This document shows, in pieces, positions 19,573 through 24,000 of a DNA stretch of 24,000 bases; within the stretch, counting starts at the first letter, position 1, and the number at the start of each line of letters is the position of its first letter. Origin of the DNA: Modicisalibacter luteus DSM 23508. GTDB lineage: Bacteria > Pseudomonadota > Gammaproteobacteria > Pseudomonadales > Halomonadaceae. Made by a program: the position numbers and the translations under genes. The stretch covers positions 137,239 to 161,238 of the forward strand of contig NZ_KB899998.1 of the NCBI RefSeq assembly GCF_000378505.1, read 5' to 3'. The notes under the pieces were generated by a model. It was not told the DNA's origin and ran no database searches. It was given only the letters and a program-made list of their open reading frames with translations.

Positions 19573-20289
19573 TCAAGACGATCCGCTGCCGCTGCCGCTG
19601 CCGCTGCCGCTGTTGCGGTTACCGGTGCTGTTGCCGTTGCCGCCGCTGGTGCCGATATTGCCCTGATACGATCCGGTCTGTTCGATGTTGCTCTGTGAAT
19701 AGGGTACGACAAGCATCCACTCGGGACTGACCCAGCCAAGCTCGGTGGGAATCCAGTAGTTGTCGGTTTCCAGGCCGTCCGGGTCGATGATGGCGCTGGT
19801 CACTTGGCCCTGATCGTTCACGACCAGGTCCTCGACCTCCGCATAGGCCGAACCGCCGACCTGCACGCCCATGCCCAGCAGGGAGCTGGCGCTGAGCCGG
19901 TTCTGGTCGAACAACTCCTGTGGGGAGCGGGTGATTTGCTGGTTGCCGAATTCCTGAGATGTCTGGTTGATCGATAGCAGGGCATCCGCGGGCTCGAAGA
20001 GCTTTACCGGCCACTCGACAGTACGAAAGCCGCGTTCCACCTGGTTGCCGTTGGAATAGACCAGCAGCGACTGAATGTTTCCCTGAGCATCAAGGATCAC
20101 GTCAGCGACTTCGCCGACCTCGGTATTCTCGCCTGCGATCACGTCGTCGCCCAGCAATTGAGTCATCGTCCATGCTGTTGAGGGATCGCTGCGTTGATTC
20201 TGCCAGTCGTTCAGGTTTTCTGGGGCTGCCACCGCCGTGAAGGGCAGAGCAGCGGCACAGAGCGGGATCAAGCGATGTAGATGTGTCAT
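19573..20289 (-). CDS. Secreted protein with two PRC-barrel domains and a Gly/Ser/Asn-rich C-terminal tail
   Basis: ATG at 20289 has GGAGAAAGGG upstream. A signal peptide MTHLHRLIPLCAAALPFTAVA|AP is present. Two PRC-barrel-like segments are seen (LLGDDVIAGENTEVGEVADVILD..G and LLGMGVQVGGSAYAEVEDLVVNDQG). The tail is GNIGTSGGNGNSTGNRNSGSGSGSGSGSS. Confidence 0.7.
   Translation of the reverse strand: MTHLHRLIPLCAAALPFTAVAAPENLNDWQNQRSDPSTAWTMTQLLGDDVIAGENTEVGEVADVILDAQGNIQSLLVYSNGNQVERGFRTVEWPVKLFEPADALLSINQTSQEFGNQQITRSPQELFDQNRLSASSLLGMGVQVGGSAYAEVEDLVVNDQGQVTSAIIDPDGLETDNYWIPTELGWVSPEWMLVVPYSQSNIEQTGSYQGNIGTSGGNGNSTGNRNSGSGSGSGSGSS
19585..19612. repeat. Hexanucleotide tandem repeat (GCTGCC), 4 full copies plus a partial one, encoding (Gly-Ser)n at the 3' end of the PRC-barrel gene
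   Basis: Counted directly: four full GCTGCC units from 19585 to 19608 plus gctg. The flanking sequence continues as degenerate GYYGCC-type hexamers to about 19660. Confidence 0.85.
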
Positions 20290-20554
20290 GAGAGACCCTT
20301 TCTCCAGACTTCCAAGGGGTGCAAGGACATCGTTGCGATGAGGCAGGCCGGCTCCGCCTGCTGCTTGCCTGCGCCGCGCTCATCGGCAGACCCTGACGAA
20401 CGCCACGGCAGGATGCCGTACAGGCAAAGCCCTACACGGCATGGAGAGTAATTAACTGCAACGTAGAAGCGAGAGGAGGAGGGCGTCAAACGGGACTAAA
20501 GTCATCGACAGATAAGCAACAACGAAACATTCCTTCGCTGAGCTGTGTATAACA

Positions 20555-20634
20555 ATGAAAACATCATATTTCGCAGCGACAAGCCTCGATGGCTCATTGC
20601 TACTGAGGATGAATCACTCGACTGGCTATTTGCT
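20555..20634 (+). pseudogene. Frameshifted N-terminal remnant of a RibD_C/dihydrofolate-reductase-family gene
   Basis: The frame from ATG 20555 reads MKTSYFAATSLDGS. The frame starting at 20596 reads IATEDESLDWLF. Inserting one T in ggc-tc-att restores SLDGFIATEDESLDWLF, the N-terminal signature I recall for PF01872-type 'dihydrofolate reductase family' proteins. Homology is lost after about residue 27. Confidence 0.45.
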
Positions 20635-20755
20635 TTCTTTGCCGCAATATTTCCTGTCAGTGTGATTTTTCTCTACACCTTTCGTCTGACCTGCCGATAG
20701 TCCCAACGGGTCACCGTTCCCCAGGCTATCCGGCCCATAGCGACGAAATGAGTAG

Positions 20756-22429
20756 ATGATGAAGAACTGGTCCATTAAGCACAGTCTGACTGCAGCTCTC
20801 GTACTGCTAGTTGCCCTGAGTGCCACCATCAGTGGCTTGGGGTTTTATTCAAATAGTATCAGTGCCAAGTCGATTAGCGAATTGGCAGAAATCAACGTCA
20901 AGCAGAGCAACACGCTCAACCGTGCGCAGGTCAACATTTTGCGTTCCCGAGTCATGCTGGAGAAGTATGCTGCCAGCATGGTGAGCATGGATGACCCAGA
21001 GTTTCAAAGGCTACCGGGCGATGCAAGGCAGGCACTGGAAAAAGCGAAAGCACGCTTCGCGGCTTTCGAGGCTATCAAACTGGGCGAAGATAGCCGTCGC
21101 GATCCCTATGTGGATGCCATCAAAACCGCATACCAGGCATTGGTAATCGACACGATGGAGCCGCTGTTGGCCGATAACCCCGACCGTTTTGAGATCCGCA
21201 TGGCGTTGGGCGATCTTGCCGAGCACTCCACTGCGTTGGACGAAGCGGTAAAAGAGTTCATTCATTACGCCGAAACGCGCGGTCAGGAGCTGATTGCCGA
21301 GACCGATCGCACAAGCCATTTCGTTGAAATTACCGGAATCGTACTGCTCATCTTGGCGCTGGGCGCCGCGATCCTACTGCGAGTCGGGCTGATCCGAATC
21401 GTGATCCGACCGCTGAACGATGCATTGACTCATTTCGACACGATTGCCAAGGGCGATCTGACCGGAAATGTTGAAGACCGCGGCACCAACGAAATCGGCC
21501 AGTTGTATGCCGGCCTGAAGGGCATGCAGGAAAAGCTGACCACGCTGGTGAAATCACTGCGTAGCAATAGCGATAGCGTATTCACCGGGGCGGGCGAGAT
21601 CGCCTCCGGCAGTCAGGACCTGTCGTCGCGTACCGAAGAGCAGGCCGCCGCGCTGCAGGAAACCGCATCCAGCATGGAGCAGATGACCTCAACGGTGCGT
21701 CATAGCACGGACTCTGCCCTTGAGGCCGACCGGTTGTCAGGGCTGGCATCTCAGGCTGCCGAGAATGGCGGGCAGGAAGTGCAGCAGACTGTCACACTGA
21801 TGCGCGAGATCGCCGCGAGCGCTCGCAAGGTCAATGACATCATCTCGGTTATCGACTCGATCGCCTTCCAGACCAATATCCTGGCCTTGAATGCTTCTGT
21901 CGAAGCGGCGCGTGCCGGCGAACAGGGCCGTGGCTTTGCCGTGGTGGCCAGCGAAGTCCGCTCACTGGCCAGCCGCAGTGCGGCATCCGCCAAAGAAATT
22001 CGTGCCCTGATCGAAGCGACGACCGCCCAGATCGAAACCGGTGCCCAGCAGGCCGAGCGCAGCGGAGAAACCATCAACGAGACGGTTACCTCGATTCGTC
22101 AGGTTTCCAAGCTCATGTCCGAAATTTCTTCGGCAACCCGCGAGCAGAACAGCGGCATCGAGCAGATCAACGTCGCCATCACCCAGATGGATTCCGTGAC
22201 CCAGCAGAATGCCTCACTGGTCGAGCAAACCAGCGCGGCGGCCGCATCGCTGGAAGAGCAGGCGCAGCAACTCGCCAACCTGATCGCCACGTTCCGGATC
22301 GCGGAGTCGGCCAAGGCGATGCATTCTTCTCAGGCACAGGCATTGCCTCAACCTCAATCCAAGGCCAAAAAGCCAGTCGTGCCAGCCAAGAAGGCAGTGG
22401 AACAAGAGGAAGAGTGGGCTGAGTTTTGA
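20756..22429 (+). CDS. Methyl-accepting chemotaxis protein (four-helix-bundle periplasmic sensor, HAMP, C-terminal xWxxF pentapeptide)
   Basis: 557 aa with TM1 ([20 protein letters not shown]), a helical periplasmic domain of about 170 aa and TM2 ([22 protein letters not shown]). A HAMP domain follows. The methylation helix reads [24 protein letters not shown] and the hairpin tip reads [38 protein letters not shown] second methylation region is [22 protein letters not shown], and the protein ends in EWAEF. Confidence 0.93.
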   Translation: MMKNWSIKHSLTAALVLLVALSATISGLGFYSNSISAKSISELAEINVKQSNTLNRAQVNILRSRVMLEKYAASMVSMDDPEFQRLPGDARQALEKAKARFAAFEAIKLGEDSRRDPYVDAIKTAYQALVIDTMEPLLADNPDRFEIRMALGDLAEHSTALDEAVKEFIHYAETRGQELIAETDRTSHFVEITGIVLLILALGAAILLRVGLIRIVIRPLNDALTHFDTIAKGDLTGNVEDRGTNEIGQLYAGLKGMQEKLTTLVKSLRSNSDSVFTGAGEIASGSQDLSSRTEEQAAALQETASSMEQMTSTVRHSTDSALEADRLSGLASQAAENGGQEVQQTVTLMREIAASARKVNDIISVIDSIAFQTNILALNASVEAARAGEQGRGFAVVASEVRSLASRSAASAKEIRALIEATTAQIETGAQQAERSGETINETVTSIRQVSKLMSEISSATREQNSGIEQINVAITQMDSVTQQNASLVEQTSAAAASLEEQAQQLANLIATFRIAESAKAMHSSQAQALPQPQSKAKKPVVPAKKAVEQEEEWAEF

Positions 22430-22454
22430 GCCGGACAGAAAGATAGTCTTGCTG

Positions 22455-22484
22455 TCGCCCCGCGTATGCGGGGCGATTTGTTTT
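22455..22484 (+). terminator. Rho-independent terminator of the MCP gene
   Basis: Perfect 9-bp stem tcgccccgc / gcggggcga with loop gtat, followed by tttgtttt. Confidence 0.8.
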
Positions 22485-22603
22485 GGAAGGCGTCAGTAAC
22501 TTTTATCTGAGCTTCGGTTTTGGCCAAGGTTATATGGGTGGTTGCCGCCTTCGATTGGGCCGTAGGCCACACCAAGAGAACTCTCAGTTCGCAAAGGGCA
22601 GAA

Positions 22604-23608
22604 TCACGAAGCAAACTCCTCGGAGTCGATGTCTGCCTGCTGGGCCTCGCTATACCGGCCTCCGGCCACTTGGTCTGGGGTCATCATTGCGTTCAGTCGA
22701 GTCACGGTCTCCAAATCCAGATGAAGGGAGTCCGCCGCCAAGTTCTCCCGCATATGCTCGATGTCACGAGAGCCAGGGATGGGAATGACATCATCTCCCT
22801 GAGCTTTTAGCCAGGCGAGGGCGAGTTGGCCGGGCGTAACGCCCAATTCGTTCGCTATGGCTAGAAAATCTTCCAACAGGCTCAGGTTCCTGGGGTAGTT
22901 CTCTTCGTTAAAGCGCGGCATTCCTCGACGCATGTCGCCCTCAGCGAGGCTCGCGGCATCGCGGATGGTTCCCGTCAGAAAGCCTCTCCCCAACGGGCTG
23001 AAAGCCACTAGTGCCGTGCCCAACTCTCGACATGCCTGGATCAGGGCTATTTCAGGGTTACGCGTCCATAGAGAATATTCGGACTGTACCGCCGCGATGG
23101 CATGTTCAGCCTGGGCTCGGCGCAGCGTCGTCGCTGAAACCTCGGAAAGCCCGACACCCCGTATCTTGCCTTCCTCCACTAAGCGCCCCAGCGCGCCAAC
23201 ACTCTCCTCGATGGGAACCTGGCGATCCAGGCGGTGCAGGTAATAGATATCCAGATGGTCGGTCCGAAGGCGTAGAAGGCTCGCCTCGCACTGAAGCCGT
23301 ATTGTCTCGGGGCGCCCATCAATAACTTTCTTACCGAGGTCAGGATCGATGTACATACCACACTTACTGGCGAGCAGAACCTGGTCTCGCTTGTTCCTTA
23401 GCGCCTTGCCCAGCAAGGTCTCGTTGGCCGTAGCCCCGTAGAGAGTGGCTGTATCGAAGTGGCGATAACCCATGTCGAAGGCTGCATCCAACGCCCGAAG
23501 TGCTTGGGACTCAGGCACTGGGCTTCCGTAACCGTGGGAGAAGTTCATGCAGCCTAAGCCGATAGTAGGTGAGCCAACTTCCTTGAGACGTAGAAAGACA
23601 GGTGACAT
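22604..23608 (-). CDS. Aldo/keto reductase family oxidoreductase
   Basis: ATG at 23608 (MSPVFLRLKEVGSPTIGLGCMNFS) has GAGGAA 5 nt upstream. AKR catalytic tetrad context is present: HFDTATLYG (Asp, Tyr), LASKCG (Lys), YYLHRLD (His). Length is about 334 aa. The track ORF start at 23764 adds 52 non-homologous residues. Confidence 0.88.
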   Translation of the reverse strand: MSPVFLRLKEVGSPTIGLGCMNFSHGYGSPVPESQALRALDAAFDMGYRHFDTATLYGATANETLLGKALRNKRDQVLLASKCGMYIDPDLGKKVIDGRPETIRLQCEASLLRLRTDHLDIYYLHRLDRQVPIEESVGALGRLVEEGKIRGVGLSEVSATTLRRAQAEHAIAAVQSEYSLWTRNPEIALIQACRELGTALVAFSPLGRGFLTGTIRDAASLAEGDMRRGMPRFNEENYPRNLSLLEDFLAIANELGVTPGQLALAWLKAQGDDVIPIPGSRDIEHMRENLAADSLHLDLETVTRLNAMMTPDQVAGGRYSEAQQADIDSEEFAS

Positions 23609-24000
23609 TGGGATTCCTCTGGAATGGCAAGACAATGGCTGGCATGGCCGCTTACGGGATAATGCCGAGCTAACCCATGGGATCGCAAGCCGGAGAAAAG
23701 GGATATGCGAGCTGATGCGGCTCGATACTGGCCAACGTGGACAAGCGTAAGCAAACCGTGACACACCGACACTACTGTCATTTATTACTTACGAGGTATG
23801 AGATATAACATGACGATTAGAAACATTGGCTTTGGTACATTTTGTCCCACGCATCACTAAACGTTCCAAGACCTTTGCTCCTGGCGCCTGGGTCAATGCA
23901 ATGCATGGCGCTCAGGTTGTAGCCGGGCGTTAGGCCTACGAGTCGAGATAGCGATCACTGCCCTGCGCCGTGGTTTCGCTATGGGCCAGGGCAAGATGCC

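Noticed and set aside
19585-19612. Considered whether the GCTGCC tandem repeat could be a CRISPR-like array or a phase-variation switch.
   Set aside because: The units are 6 nt with no spacers, and the tract is inside a CDS. Because 6 is a multiple of 3, slippage cannot switch the frame on or off. Only tail-length variation is possible.
23810-23860. 16-codon plus-strand mini-ORF (MTIRNIGFGTFCPTHH) in the AT-rich region upstream of the AKR. Also the 67-aa minus-strand ORF at 20626-20829 and the small ORFs at 17998-18247.
   Set aside because: None has an SD or any family resemblance. They lie in AT-rich spacers or overlap the MCP start, so they are most likely chance ORFs.
23936-24000. A minus-strand frame is open from the window edge to TAG at 23936-23938 (..HLALAHSETTAQGSDRYLDS*). 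This could be the 3' end of a gene lying beyond the window.
   Set aside because: Only 20 codons are visible and no recognisable motif is present. The sole support is a return to GC-rich composition after the AT-rich spacer, so a CDS call cannot be supported.

Overview
High-GC gammaproteobacterial chromosome; the gene order resembles Pseudomonas/Halomonas-type genomes (inference from synteny only). Bases 1-18000 are tightly packed housekeeping genes. They start with the 3' end of phoX, convergent with ppk. The rest lie on the minus strand: hemB (divergent from plus-strand elbB), the block ubiE-ubiJ-ubiB-hisE-tatA-tatB-tatC, hslV-hslU plus a DUF971 gene, an FtsN-like SPOR gene, argS and priA. 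priA is divergent from rpmE. Several junctions use overlapping stop/start codons (GTGA, ATGA). Clean Rho-independent terminators delimit the transcription units. From about 18000 onward the spacers become long and visibly AT-rich and the genes look more accessory: a short-form malic enzyme, a secreted double PRC-barrel protein with a (Gly-Ser)n tail encoded by a hexanucleotide repeat, an orphan methyl-accepting chemotaxis protein ending in an xWxxF pentapeptide, and an aldo/keto reductase. I found no tRNA or rRNA genes, CRISPR array, transposase, integrase or recognisable defence genes. I cannot support a claim that a novel multi-gene system is present. The most unusual items are small. One is a one-base-deleted stub of a RibD_C/DHFR-family gene in the spacer before the MCP. 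Another is a 14-bp inverted repeat in the rpmE/malic-enzyme spacer. A third is a near-consensus rpmE promoter overlapping the priA initiation region, followed by a long leader. The last is a perfect hairpin abutting a sigma32-like -10 upstream of hslV. Many track ORFs are N-terminally over-extended or are antisense or alternate-frame shadows typical of high-GC DNA. I re-called starts from homologue N-termini and Shine-Dalgarno positions.
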